From Podarcis filfolensis (lineage: Eukaryota), in the NCBI GenBank assembly GCA_964270895.1, contig OZ185438.1: 64,000 nucleotides of DNA; one strand, given 5' to 3'. A program made the translations under genes and the position numbers. Shown here one piece after another: positions 1 to 11,905 of this stretch (position 1 is its first letter; each line of letters starts with the position of its first letter). The notes beneath the pieces were generated by a model. That model saw only the letters and a program-made list of their open reading frames with translations, was not told the DNA's origin and made no database searches.

Positions 1-373
1 ATCTATTTATTCCTAATCTGTTCCATTAATTCACCTAAGGTACATATTTTTAAAACTCTGAAAAACAACATCCCCCCATACACCTGCCTGCTATCATATT
101 TTTCCACATGTTGTATTCATTAGCAGTATTGTTTATTTACTTGCATTGGTTAATTAATTGTTATGAATTTGTTATATTCTCATTTTATTCAGGTGGGCTG
201 TGTATGAAATAAGCCTTCCAGCTTTTATAAATCCCAGGATCTTTGTTGGTGTTTTGTTTTATTTTGCAAAATAAGAGTGAGTGATAAGAAATGGAAAACA
301 CACTTCCTCTTGAATCCATGCTTCTCAGCAGAATTTTAAATGCCGAATTATTTGTTTTATGTATTAAGATTAG

Positions 374-557
374 TGGCAGTTCTCACTCAGGGCCACCAGT
401 ATGTAAATGAAGGACTGAAAACTGTTGCTCCTGATTGGTTAGCTAGTTGTGAGTTGTTACTGTTTCAAGTTACTTAGTATTATATAAAGCAGCTGCAATA
501 AAGAGCTGTGAATCCAACAGAGCTGTGTCCTTCGTCCATCTTTTCCACTATTCAACA
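374..557 (+). mobile_element. Short solo LTR (~184 bp)
   Basis: TG...CA ends flanked by ATTAG (369-373 and 558-562); internal ATTGG, TATATAAA (481) and AATAAA (497) in promoter-to-polyA order. Terminal inverted repeat is weak, so the left boundary is less certain. Confidence 0.5.
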
Positions 558-1867
558 ATTAGGTGAAACAGAAAATATCTTGTCTTTTTTGTAAGGTGAT
601 GAAAATTATTCAAAGAGAACATTGAGTAGTTGCAGAGGTTATAAAATGGTGGAAAAAACTATTTAGGAAAAGGACTTAGGAGCCCTAAATGCCAGTTCAG
701 TTCTTCATCCAAATGATTTAGATAAGACTAGGAAACAGAGAGTGTAAGATAGAAGATTTAGGGGTAGAGACAATGGAAACTTGTCCATGTACATATTGCA
801 CCTGTGTTGCAACCTGCTAACTACTGAGCCATCTTATCATCATACAAATCGCTTCACAACTTGGGACCAGGCCGCTTAATGGGCCACCTTCCCCTATAAA
901 GGTCACTAAGATCAGCAGACGAGGTGTTGCTGATAGTGCCACAACTTGCCTGCATGTCATCTGGTGTGAGTCTGCATGCGGAAAGGCCAGCCCAAGGCAT
1001 TTTGCTGCCTGAGGCACAGTGAAGACGGCACGCCCTCATTATTCCATGCACAGAAGCCAGCTGGATTGGTAATTGAATCCTACTTTAGTACCAGGGTTAG
1101 GACAGCCTTCTCTGCAGTACCGATATGCCTTGCAGTATAAATAACTCTGTCCTTTAAAAGGAGGGATTGGCTCCAGGGCTTAGGAGGAGCAGTCAAGAGA
1201 TTGCAAGTGTGCAGTGCTTACCCTCTGGAATGCTCCCCTACCCCAGCATTTGGGACGGTTGATTGTTTCCAACATTTAGTAGAAATCTATCTTTCCTTGA
1301 GCTTTTTCTGACCAGTAGCACTATACTTTCCCCCTATTATCTGTTATTTGTGTTTCTTGCTTTAAATTGTGTGTGTGTGCTTTTGTAAACTGCTTGGAAT
1401 TTTCTCCTAATGTAAGCAGTATAGATATATTATCTATAATATATTATCTAGAACTCTCTGGGGGGGAAACCCACCATCTCCAGCCTGCTTTCTACCCTCG
1501 TCATCTTTTTTACTTCCTTACAAAAGACTTCCAATCAGCCAATACTTCCTTCTATTCACTCTAGCCTCTGTCCCATCTCTCATCTACCATAAGGGACACT
1601 CCAGTAGTTCTGCAGGAAAAGTAAGTACTATTGAATAGTGCCCTAAATCAAGAGTTACTTCCTCCCTCACAGGCACCAAAAACAAGCTGCTCTAAAAAGC
1701 CGTCATTTATGATGTCAGTAAATTGCCTCTCCAAATCATGCCCAGATGTGCAATTGAAAGCTCAGTCACCTTGTCTTTTTATTCCTGCCTGCAATGCCAC
1801 GTGAATGCCTATGTCATTCTGTACACAATAAATCACGCCCAAGTACATTAAATGCACCTGTTACTAT

Positions 1868-1894
1868 TAATAATAATAATAATAATAATAATAA
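1868..1894. repeat. (TAA)n microsatellite
   Basis: Direct reading of the sequence. Confidence 0.95.
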
Positions 1895-3113
1895 TTGCAT
1901 CAGCAGATTTAACAGCTTCCATAATTTCTGCAGCATGTTCAGATCAACACTGCTTTCCTATCTGGTATTCATGGCACAAAGATTGCTGTAAGCTCCTCAA
2001 AACAAAGGACCTTTACCGTGCAGCTAGCACGTACTGTTAGTACTTCAGGAATAATATACAACCAGTCTATTACCAAGGATCAAAACAATTTGTCTGGACA
2101 GGATGTATATGTACACACACACACACACACACACACACGATAGTGGTAGACAAAACAGAGAGGAAACCTTGTGTTGGGGGAAGTCTGGAAGAGTAACCAG
2201 ATGTATATACACCTAAAGGTTGGCAAGGCCATGGTGTTCAATAGGAGAAGACTTACAGCTATGCTCACCCAAGTGCTGCCATCTGCTGTCAGTCAAATTG
2301 TAACATGGCACATGGATGGATATATCATCAGGCACACACAGCTGGCATTTTTTCATCCCACTGCCTGCTTTCTCATCCACTATATGATCTTTCCAATTAG
2401 ATTGTTGCACATGATGCAGAAATCCAAGAACAGAAATTATTACTTCTTTGCATCTCAAAATTTACATAAGGTTGAATCCAGTTGTGCTCTTTCACAAGTG
2501 CACACCTTTGATCCAGTGTATGCCTCCACTAATGGAAGGGAGACAGGGGCCAGTCTTCTGCTGATTATCACTTCAGCTTGAATCCCTCTGAAAATTTGCT
2601 CAAGAGGATTGAGGAGCTCTCCAGAACAGGGTGGAAGGTAGCATTAGGGAAGCTGCTGGGTCAAAGGGCTCAACACAATTGGATTTGATCCATTTTTTCC
2701 TAACATATGAAGCACTTCTGCTTATATTACTCCAACAGATGTTTTTCAGAGCAGGGCAGTAGGATGTTCTTAGTGTTCAAGTGACACATTGATTGACATC
2801 TTTGTTAAGAAACCTATGGAGGAAAAGACTGACAGGATGCTTGTGTAAACTGGAATCACTCTATCACCTTACCAGTGTAAAAAAAGAAAGAAAAGCAAAT
2901 GTCTAGTAATAATAGCCTGGGGTTAGTAAAACAGATAGGTTTTTTAAAGTGAAACTGTCACATTATCACCAAGGCCTGTGAAACTACTAATGATCAGTCA
3001 GGATCATGCCACATGACAGAACTCTGCTTTTACAGAATTATAAAAAACTGTAGTGTATGAATTTACATCAAGACCATTTATGCATATCGCAGAGTGGCTT
3101 CAGACACAAATGA

Positions 3114-3164
3114 ATGTGTGATTACAGGAAGTGTGAGTCAGTCACACTTCCTGTAGTCACACAT
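3114..3164. other. Near-perfect 23-bp inverted repeat with 5-nt loop
   Basis: ATGTGTGATTACAGGAAGTGTGA-gtcag-TCACACTTCCTGTAGTCACACAT; the single mismatch is a G:T wobble. Confidence 0.9.
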
Positions 3165-3292
3165 ATAATTAATATCTGAAGTGAGGAATTATACATCTCT
3201 ATGAGGAGGTGTGTGTGCGTTGAAGGTATATCAGAAGTAAACATACCCTGTTTGTCAGGTGATGCATGACTTCCCAGTTCAAACTTATAACA

Positions 3293-3424
3293 CAGTGTTT
3301 CCCAAACTTGAGTCTTCAGCTGTTTTTGGACAACATCATCATCCCTGGTTAGCAGGACCAGTGGTCAGGGATGATGAGAACTGTTGTACAAAAACAGCTG
3401 GATACCCAAGTTTGGGAAAACCTG
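3293..3424. mobile_element. Palindromic hAT-like MITE, degenerate
   Basis: CAGTGTTTCCCAAACTTG...CAAGTTTGGGAAAACCTG termini; same internal core as 8061-8197 and 36858-36992; imperfect 8-bp flanks TTATAACA/CAATAACA. Confidence 0.65.
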
Positions 3425-4504
3425 CAATAACACAAATTGAGCTGTGAACAGGGTGCTGAAGATTTGTCTTTTGCCCTGCCTAACCCTGGTTGTGATCTTA
3501 CAACCCTGGCTGTACTATTGGGTTTTCCTTGCTGCAATCTTTCTCTTTGGGATGTGACCTCTGTCCTATTGCTAAGTGCCTGGGCTTCCCCTCACGCTCA
3601 GACCAGTGTCTACTCAAGAAAGGACAGTGTCTACTCAAATCCCCGAAAGGAATGATCCAAATTGGCTGTGCCAATTCAAAATTTATGAAGTCAGAAAAAC
3701 ATATTTCATGCAACTAACCAGTGTTCTCAGGGTGGAGTATTAGCTTTCAAGTTACACAGAGCAATTCCTTGGGCTACATGTTTGAGAAAAGGTTTAACAA
3801 GCAGACATTTCTGAGTGATGGCATGATGTTAAGCCTCACATCCTTTTGCATTGCATTTTTTAAATCTTGAAATAAAAGTGGAAGGAGCACTCAAAGAGAA
3901 AGAAGGATCTTTGATACCAACCAAGGAGCTTGTACCACTGATGAGTTTCAAAAACTCTTTCTCAAAGGCATTGTCTTGCATAAACTCACTCCAAGTAAGC
4001 ATGAAAAATAGGGGCTAGCAGAAAACAGGAAAAGGTGGGTTGAAAAGGTACATTTGCATGACAAAGACAAGAGTTGAAATGCATTGCCACAGCCCCATAG
4101 ATATCACCAGCCTTTCAAGAGATTGGGGCAACTGCATTCTTTGTCTCCCTCCCTCCTTCTCTCCCACATTCCCTCTGCCTTTTCTATAGCCAGCTACTGT
4201 ACTGCGAAGCTGCACCAGGACAGGAGACAGAATTATTCCTATTCTGTAGCATCATTCTTCCATGATAAACTCAGGGAAACAATGGCACAGTAACAATACA
4301 AGGAACACATGTGACAAAGTTTCAGCCTCTTAGTTACTGCTAGACAGAAACATGATGACCCTCTTGTGCTAAAGAATTTATGTAAGTTTCTACTGAAGGC
4401 TTTTTCAAAATCAGGGCATGGATTCAGGATTGTGAACATGGGCGTCATGGGTTCTTGTGGATTTACATATCCAGAACCAGGGTTTTTGGTGTGTGGTTTT
4501 TTTT

Positions 4505-4803
4505 GCCGCTGTGAGTTAAACCACAGAGCCTAAGGCGTCCCAATCAGAAGGCCGGCGGTTCAAATCCCTGCAATGGGATGAGCTCCCATTGCTCAGTTCC
4601 AGCTCCTGCCAACCTAGCAGTTCGAAAGCACGTCAAAGTGCAAGTAGATAAATAGGTACCGCTCCGGCGGGAAGGTAAATGGCGTTTCTGTGCGCTGCTC
4701 CGGTTCACCAGAAGCGGCTTAGTCATGCTGGCCACATGACCTGGAAGCTGTACGCCGGCTCCCTCGTCCAGTAAAACAAGATGAGCGCCACAACCCCAGA
4801 GTC
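4505..4803 (+). mobile_element. Sauria SINE, truncated at both ends
   Basis: High identity to the copies at 16748, 23173 and 46657; B-box-like GGTTCAAATCC; stops at CCCCAGAGTC before the ACCTTT tail. Confidence 0.9.
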
Positions 4804-6917
4804 ACCCGCCATAGCCATATCTGTAGATTTAACTTTCTCTCATTGAAAACAAGGAAGTAAAATATTCAAAGAAAAAGCATCCATATTGTTTTAAACAAAA
4901 AAAATAGTTACACTCTTTGGGCTCAGCAATAGAGATTACACAGAGTTGTCCTGACACCATTACTGACATGTAACAGAAACACATTTTCAACCCTAAAGAA
5001 GCAGTTTGAGAAATGATTATCTTATAATGCTATTGACTTGTGCTGGGCTACGTACACATAAATCTTCCAGATCTCTGTAGGGTATGGCTGTGTGTAACCA
5101 CACTTAAGAACAGCATGCTTGAGTACTCTCCTGTAGCACCCAGACGAAGCTATCTGGTATATTTCGCTTGCTTCAGAACCTGCCCCTCCCCCAATATGTA
5201 AATGTAAGCAAAAATTATAAATGCATTGATCGCTTAAAAGTCACATGATTTCTTTAATCAGGTGAAAGTTGTAGTTTTAAGTATAATGTTATCTACTCTG
5301 ACCAGGCTAATATATTTTCAAATTACATCAAATTGCTTCTTTCCAAACATTATGATTATTTGCTGAGAAATTCTGAATGCCAATGTGTTTGCTGTCTCTT
5401 TTCAGTTCACAAGGCCCCTTTTCTATCCTATTCTCATAACCTCTGTTCTTTCAGCTGATCACAGTGTACTTTCATTCCTACATGCATTTCTTGCCAACTG
5501 ATTGGGAGACAGCATCCTCATATTAGCAACATCTGTGATACCAATTGCAGACAGAAAGATGAGTGGTCCATCTGACACATGCTGGTCTGAGATATTCCCT
5601 GCTTGCATAAGGGATGGGTAGCAGGCTGCTGCAATGTGATTGATAACATATGAAGTGAGCAGGGCCAACCATATGCTAAAGGAATTCTCCATGCTGAGTG
5701 CATTCCACAGAAGAAATAGGGCAGTGATGGAAATACAGATTGATCTGAGGTCCTGTAAAGGCAACTTTGGTTCATTTGATTGCCCACCTGTGGATGTTCA
5801 TGGGAAGAACAAACAGAAGGTGTTTTTTTATTATTTGAGAGCCAGCATAGTGTAGTGGATAGAAAGTCGGAGCACAACTGGAGAGCACAGAGTTCAAATC
5901 CCCACTCAGTACAAACCTGTGCTGAGAGCCACATGGTGGCCATTAAAAAAAAAGTTTGGATAAGAAATGACCAAAACAGCAGCAGTTTAAAGGTTTTTCC
6001 TTAAAGATCAATTTTCAGTTGTTTGCATTCATTTTTTGTGTACCCTTTACAGCTTTTCCTTTTGCCAGTATACATTATCAAAATTTCAGGGAAATGAACA
6101 GCTGTTTGACTTCTATAAAATGTTCATGGAATCCTATAATTTTTGCTTCTACTATGTTTTCAGTAGAAATATTTAACATGCCAATATAAAAGCAGATATA
6201 AAAACAAATACATTTTGCAAAGGGTTGTTCTAAGTTAATATGAGATGCTATTTTATAGTTTGTAAACCTTTCATTGTTGTTCTGATTGCAAAATGATGCA
6301 TATATTCCAGTTTTAATTGAGATGCAGTGATTTTGGCATTCATTTTGGATTTTTAAATTTCTGTTTTCTCAGCATCACAGTGTAACAGAAGGCTGGGTTT
6401 ATACACTATGCTATTCATACACCATCTAATGCTCTGTGACTAACACAGTTGGCTTCATAACACATTCTGAACACGTTTTGTGTTGTTGCCCAAAATAAAT
6501 TTCAGTTGCCCATCATTTTGTAATTCTATAATTTAGACTTCTTAAGCAACTACTTATGGGTGCAAGAACAATATTGGGCTGGTAAAGTGTGGGCATCAGC
6601 CATCATCTGCCATCCTTGGTATTATGTGTTGGGTGATAACGTCAAGGCCTGGTGCCTCCCCCCCAACGCAGCGTCACCCAGGATTCTTCACTCCGGTCTG
6701 CCGTCATACTGATGTGGCCCATATACAGGGACATGAGCATACGATGAGCAGAGTTCAAAACAGAAGCTCAGCCTTGAGGAGTAACATAAACTAAGCCTAA
6801 TTTATTGCAAATTAAATCAGACGTAACAGAACAAAGAAAACATGGTTCCTCTCTCTGTCTTTCTTCCTTCAAGAGAGAGCTGCAAAAGCAAAAGCTCTAC
6901 AGAGCAGAAACAGTATA

Positions 6918-7308
6918 CAGTGGACGCAGTGGCGTAGCGTGGGGGGTGCAGGGGGGGCCGGCCGCACCGGGCGCAACATCTGGGGGTTAGGGTTAGGGGG
7001 CGCAAATCCATGGGTTAGGGGGCGCAAATCCACGGGTTAGGGGGCGCAAATTACTTGCCTTGCCCCGGGTGCTGACAACCCACGCTACGCCACTGAGTGG
7101 ACGCTCGGGTTGCGAACGTGATCCGTGCGGGATGCATGTTCGCAACCCGCAGCAGCGCGTCTGTGCACGCATGGGTTGCAATTTGGTGCTTCTGCACATG
7201 CACGACTGCCGAAACCCGGAAGTAACCTGTTACGGTACTTCTGGGTTTCGGGGGGTCTGTAACCCAAAAAAATGCAGCCTGAAGTGTCTGTATCCCGAGG
7301 TATGACTG
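6918..7308. mobile_element. pogo/Tigger-like (Tc1/mariner superfamily) MITE, family 2
   Basis: TA TSD (6916-17, 7309-10); termini CAGTGGACGCTCGGG / CCCGAGGTATGACTG; homologous in reverse to 54927-55248. Confidence 0.8.
6927..7095. mobile_element. hAT MITE with internal GGGTTAGGGGGCGCAAATCCA repeats
   Basis: TIR CAGTGGCGTAGCGTGGG; perfect 8-bp TSD AGTGGACG (6919-6926, 7096-7103); second copy at 10165-10344. Confidence 0.92.
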
Positions 7309-8060
7309 TATCTCCCTTTCTGTCCGCAAGACTCCAATAATCATTGCTGGAATGTAAACAGACATGTGACATGTAACAATCCCACACACATCTGCAGCAC
7401 AGGAGGAATGGAATTGCCAACATTATGGTCAAAGTTAAATTGCAGTGCTCAGATACAGATAGACTGGACACTTTCAGACTGGTGCCATTTTTAAGTGAGA
7501 GATCACACTGGCAAATTGAGGTTGTGCAATTATAGTTGTTTGGGAGATCTTGTGCAATAGCCCTCCTTCCCAAAAGATCAGATTTTTGCGATAAGGGAAG
7601 CAATGGAAAAATGTACTAGAAAGTACTAACGAATTGGAATGAATGCGCAATACAGAGGTTTTTGACTGGAAGCGGCACTGATTCAGCAGCTAAAAAAACA
7701 TAAAGGCATTCAAGCAAACACATTCCCTTGAGATAGCCACAAAGCTTGCATCTGCGTGGGCACAACTTGCCAGACTCCGAAATGTATCTCATTGAATGAC
7801 AAAGGATGAATGGATAATCTACTCATCCCCACTCAAGAATTTGGTGTACTATAGAATCAGAGAGGACCTTAAAGGTCATCTAGCCCATTATTATTAATAT
7901 TATATTATTAGGTTATATTATATTATTGAATTTATACCCCACCCTATATCTCAGGGTGGTTCATAGAATAAAATCAAAATATAAAACCACAAAATGTATA
8001 ATCAAAATAACAACCCAATAACCCCCCCCCCCAATTCCCATATTTTAAAAGGGCATAGAT

Positions 8061-8197
8061 CAGTGATGGCCAAACTTGGCCCTCCATTTGTTTTGGGACT
8101 ACAGTTCCCATCATCCCTGACCACTGGTCCTGTTAGCTAGGGATGATGGGAGTTGTAGTCCCAAAAACCAGCTGGGGGCCAAGTCTGGCCATCACTG
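8061..8197. mobile_element. Palindromic hAT-like MITE
   Basis: TIR CAGTGATGGCCAAACTTGGCCC / GGGCCAAGTCTGGCCATCACTG; 8-bp TSD GCATAGAT/GCGTAGAT (1 mismatch). Confidence 0.85.
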
Positions 8198-8384
8198 GCG
8201 TAGATCAACCAAACGCCTAGTTAAAAAGGAACATTTTTGCTTGGTGCCTAAAGGTGTATAATGAAGGCACCAGGCGAACTTCCCTGGAGAGAGCATTCCA
8301 CAGATGGGGAGCCACTGCAGAGAAGGCCCATTCTCATGTTGCCACCCTCCAGACCTCTCAAGGGGGCGGTACACGAAGAAGGGC

Positions 8385-9346
8385 CACAGGGTTCTGTCTT
8401 GGGCCCGGTCTTATTCAACATCTTTATCAACGACTTGGATGATGGACTCAAGGGCATCCTGATCAAATTTGCAGATGACACCAAACTGGGAAGGGTGGCT
8501 AACACCCCAGAGGACAGGATCACACTTCAAAACGACCTTGAGAGATTAGAGAACTGGGCCAAAACAAACAAGATGAATTTTAACAGGGAGAAATGTAAAG
8601 TATTGCACTTGGGCAAAAAAAAATGAGAGGCACAAATACAAGATGGGTGACACCTGGCTTGAGAGCAGTACATGTGAAAAGGATCTAGGAGTCTTGGTTG
8701 ACCACAAACTTGACATGAGCCAACAGTGTGATGCGGCAGCTAAAAAAGCCAATGCAATTCTGGGCTGCATCAATAGGAGTATAGCATCTAGATCAAGGGA
8801 AGTAATAGTGCCACTGTATTCTGCTCTGGTCAGACCTCACCTGGAGTACTGTGTCCAGTTCTGGGCACCACAGTTCAAGAAGGACACTGACAAACTGGAA
8901 TGTGTCCAGAGGAGGGCAACCAAAATGGTCAAAGGCCTGGAAACGATGCCTTATGAGGAACGGCTAAGGGAGCTGGGCATGTTTAGCCTGGAGAAGAGGA
9001 GGTTAAGGGGTGATATGATAGCCATGTTCAAATATATAAAAGGATGTCACATAGAGGAGGGAGAAAGGTTGTTTTCTGCTGCTCCAGAGAAGCGGACATG
9101 GAGCAATGGTTCCAAACTACAAGAAAGAAGATTCCACCTAAACATTAGGAAGAACTTCCTGACAGTAAGAGCTGTTCGACAGTGGAATTTGCTGCCAAGG
9201 AGTGTGGTGGAGTCTCCTTCTTTGGAGGTCTTTAAGCAGAGGCTTGACAACCATATGTCAGGAGTGCTCTGATGGTGTTTCCGGCTTGGCGGGGGGTTGG
9301 ACTCGATGGCCCTTGTGGTCTCTTCCAACTCTATGATTCTATGATT
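8385..9346 (+). mobile_element. CR1 LINE, 5'-truncated (RT C-terminal half plus 3' UTR)
   Basis: [33 protein letters not shown] motifs in ORFs 8261-8626 and 8643-9272; ends CCAACTCTATGATTCTATGATT; one extra A in the run at 8615-8623 splits the frame. Confidence 0.97.
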
Positions 9347-10164
9347 TTAAGATGATTTCAGGGTCCGGGTAGATTCATATGGAAATAGTTTTTAAGGTTT
9401 TATAGGTCAAAACCAGCACTTTGAACTGGGCCTGGAAACTAATTGGTAGCCAGTGCAGTTGGTCCAGGATCGGTGTAATATGCTTTGGTGAGTAACCTGG
9501 CCACTGAATTCTGCACTAGCTGAAGTTTCTGAACTGTCTTCACAGGCATCCCTACGTATTACACATTGCAGTAATCTAACCCTGAGGTTACCAGAGCATA
9601 GACAATAGTAGTTAGGCTATCCCTGTCCAGACATTAGTGTAGCTGGGCTGCCAGCCAAAGCTGATGGAAGGCACTCCAGACCACTGATGCTACCTGAGCC
9701 TCGAGCAACAGCAAACGTTTGAGGAGTACCCCCAAGCCACGAACCTGCTTATTCAGAGGAAGTGTAACCCCTACTCCCATCAGCCATGGTAAGCACAGCC
9801 AATGGTTGGGATGATGGGAGTGTTAGTCTAGCAACATCCAAAGAGATGCAGGCTCCCCACTCGTGGTTTAGTCCTCTATCATATTATTTTTGCCTGCTGG
9901 TTCAAACCCTATACTCTAGAGCCAAAGTAAATAAGTTTGCCTCATCATCTATTTGGTAGCCCTTCAAAAATTTAAAGATGGCTTTCATACAGCCTTTTAA
10001 TAATCTCTTCTCCCAACAAAGCCAGCTCCTTCAACCTTTCCACTTAAAAGTTTGTCCCCAGGCCAGAAGTACTTGTGGTTTCTACCTCCATCCCCCTATC
10101 AGCACACTTGATGTTCTTTGCCTGTCTTGTTCCCTCTCTTGTGACCCGTTGGTGACTAGCACTG

Positions 10165-10344
10165 CAGTGGCGTAGCGTGGGTTGTCAGCACCCGGGGCAA
10201 GGCAAGTAATTTGTGCCCCCTAACCCGTGGATTTGCGCCCCCTGACCCGTGGATTTGCGCCCCCTAACCCATGGATTTGCCCTAACCCCAGATGTTGCGC
10301 CCGGTGCGGCCCGCACCCCCTGCACCCCCCACGCTACGCCACTG
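10165..10344. mobile_element. hAT MITE, same family as 6927-7095, inverted
   Basis: TIR CAGTGGCGTAGCGTGGG; perfect 8-bp TSD TAGCACTG (10157-10164, 10345-10352). Confidence 0.92.
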
Positions 10345-11712
10345 TAGCACTGCATTGTATGCAATACTAAATGGACCATCTGCGTACAGCCCAGAGAAAA
10401 TACTGGAGAGAAAGCAGAGGTGAAATAGCTTGACCAAGGGCACCGAGGAAGGCAGTGTCATGCTCTACATTTGACCCTAGTTTTGAGGGGTGCTTAAAAA
10501 ACCAAAAGAGAAAGGCCTGAGGTGAGGCAGGTTAAGAAAGAGGAACACGGATATGATAGAAAAGAGATGACCAGGAATATGGAAAAAGCCAAAAGCAAAT
10601 GATCTCACTTGAAGACTACATAGATAGTGTTATCACCAACTGTCTCAAAGCGATGCCCCTGTGGCATGGTAGATTATCATTCTGTGAGGCTGCCCCACCT
10701 GCTTCTCTAATTTGTACCTGTTCTTCAAGAGAGAGGAGAAGCTGCAGCTGCTCCGCACCATATGCATTTCAGCTGCCAGTGTCCAGAAGGCCTCCTGAAT
10801 ACAGCATAAGACTGCAGTGGTGCTCCCTTCTTACTGCTGCTCTCCCCTCTTGTTTTAAATCAATAGTTTATGACATGTACAAGGGGAAACTGTAAATTTA
10901 ATTTTGTCCTCTGCAGTGTGATTCATATCTTGTTTGCTGGGAACATAATGAATATGTTTGCCCTCCAGACCCCCTGCCCAGTAGAGCAATTGAAGGATAA
11001 AGAAAGAGAAAACAGCAAAGTGCAATTAAGGAGGTGGATTAATGCTGGATTAATCAGTCGCTCAGCTAAAGATAGCATTGTGCCATTTGTGTGCATATGT
11101 TTGGAGGGAAGTGCAGACATCCCCATGGGAGCAACACAGGAAATCGGCTACCTTCTCCCCGCCATTGACAAAAGGGGAGGGCTGTTGAGAAGTGCCTGAA
11201 GAATATTGGAATTCCACCTAGCTCCTATGTAGATCTCCACGGTGCACATGCGGCTTGTAATTGCATTTGCCAAAGCCCAAACAAGCACTTTTTAAAAATC
11301 TGGGGAAAGAAGTCAAAATACAGCACCGAGGGGACTCACGCCTGAGCCTTGTGTTTGCAGGTAGCCATTGTCTCCATAATGAGTTGGACCAAATCTACAA
11401 CTTGACACCTAAATTTGGCACTGGCTCACAACTTCAGAGCCAAGGGCTTACATTCAAAAACTTCTGTTTCTGAGGTGATAAAGCTGTTTTAATAGGCCCC
11501 AAACTTACATTTTAGGACTTATGAGCATATTCCCTTTAGCTCAAAGCGTAATTAGGTTGCAAATTGTTAGCTTCATTCAATGCGCTCCCCTCGCCCACCC
11601 ACTTTTAAGTATGCTAAATGGGCTTGCAGTGTTTTGTGCCTGTGTGTTCTTGCAATGCCACTTGGGAAGTAGGAGAAGGTGTCATATTTCCTAGACCTAT
11701 TCTTCAAGCTAG

Positions 11713-11905
11713 AAGAACGTAAAAGAGCCCTGCTGCATCAGACCAAAGGCCCATCTAGTCCAATGTTCTGCTGTTTCCAGTAATGGCAAACTAGGTGTCT
11801 CTGGAAAGCTCACAAGCAAGTCATCATGTCAACTCTCCCACAGTTGCACAGCAACTGGCATTCAAAGGCATGCTACCTCTTATTGTGAAGCATACAGCAG
11901 TGACC
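11713..11905 (-). mobile_element. Old CR1-type 3' end fragment
   Basis: AAGAGCCCTGCTG-ATCAGACCAAAGGCCCATCTAGTCCA motif shared with 28165, 31484 and 51012. Confidence 0.55.

Larger units (their letters stand above)
6627..7422 (-). mobile_element. Solo LTR (~400 bp net) hosting two nested MITEs
   Basis: TGTTGG...CCAACA inverted termini; 5-bp TSD TTATG (6622-6626 and 7423-7427); minus-strand AATAAA at 6801-6806. Confidence 0.8.
7890..9780 (-). mobile_element. L2-clade LINE 3' portion, interrupted by a hAT MITE and a CR1
   Basis: (ATT)-rich tail then TTTATACCCCACCC; similarity to the L2 copies at 42192 and 61320 on both sides of the CR1 (GAAGGGCC ... AAGATGATTTCAGGGTCCGGG). Confidence 0.7.

Noticed and set aside
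7349-7360. TGGAATGTAAA, identical to the 5' part of miR-1
   Set aside because: The match is 11 nt, inside an LTR and has no hairpin.
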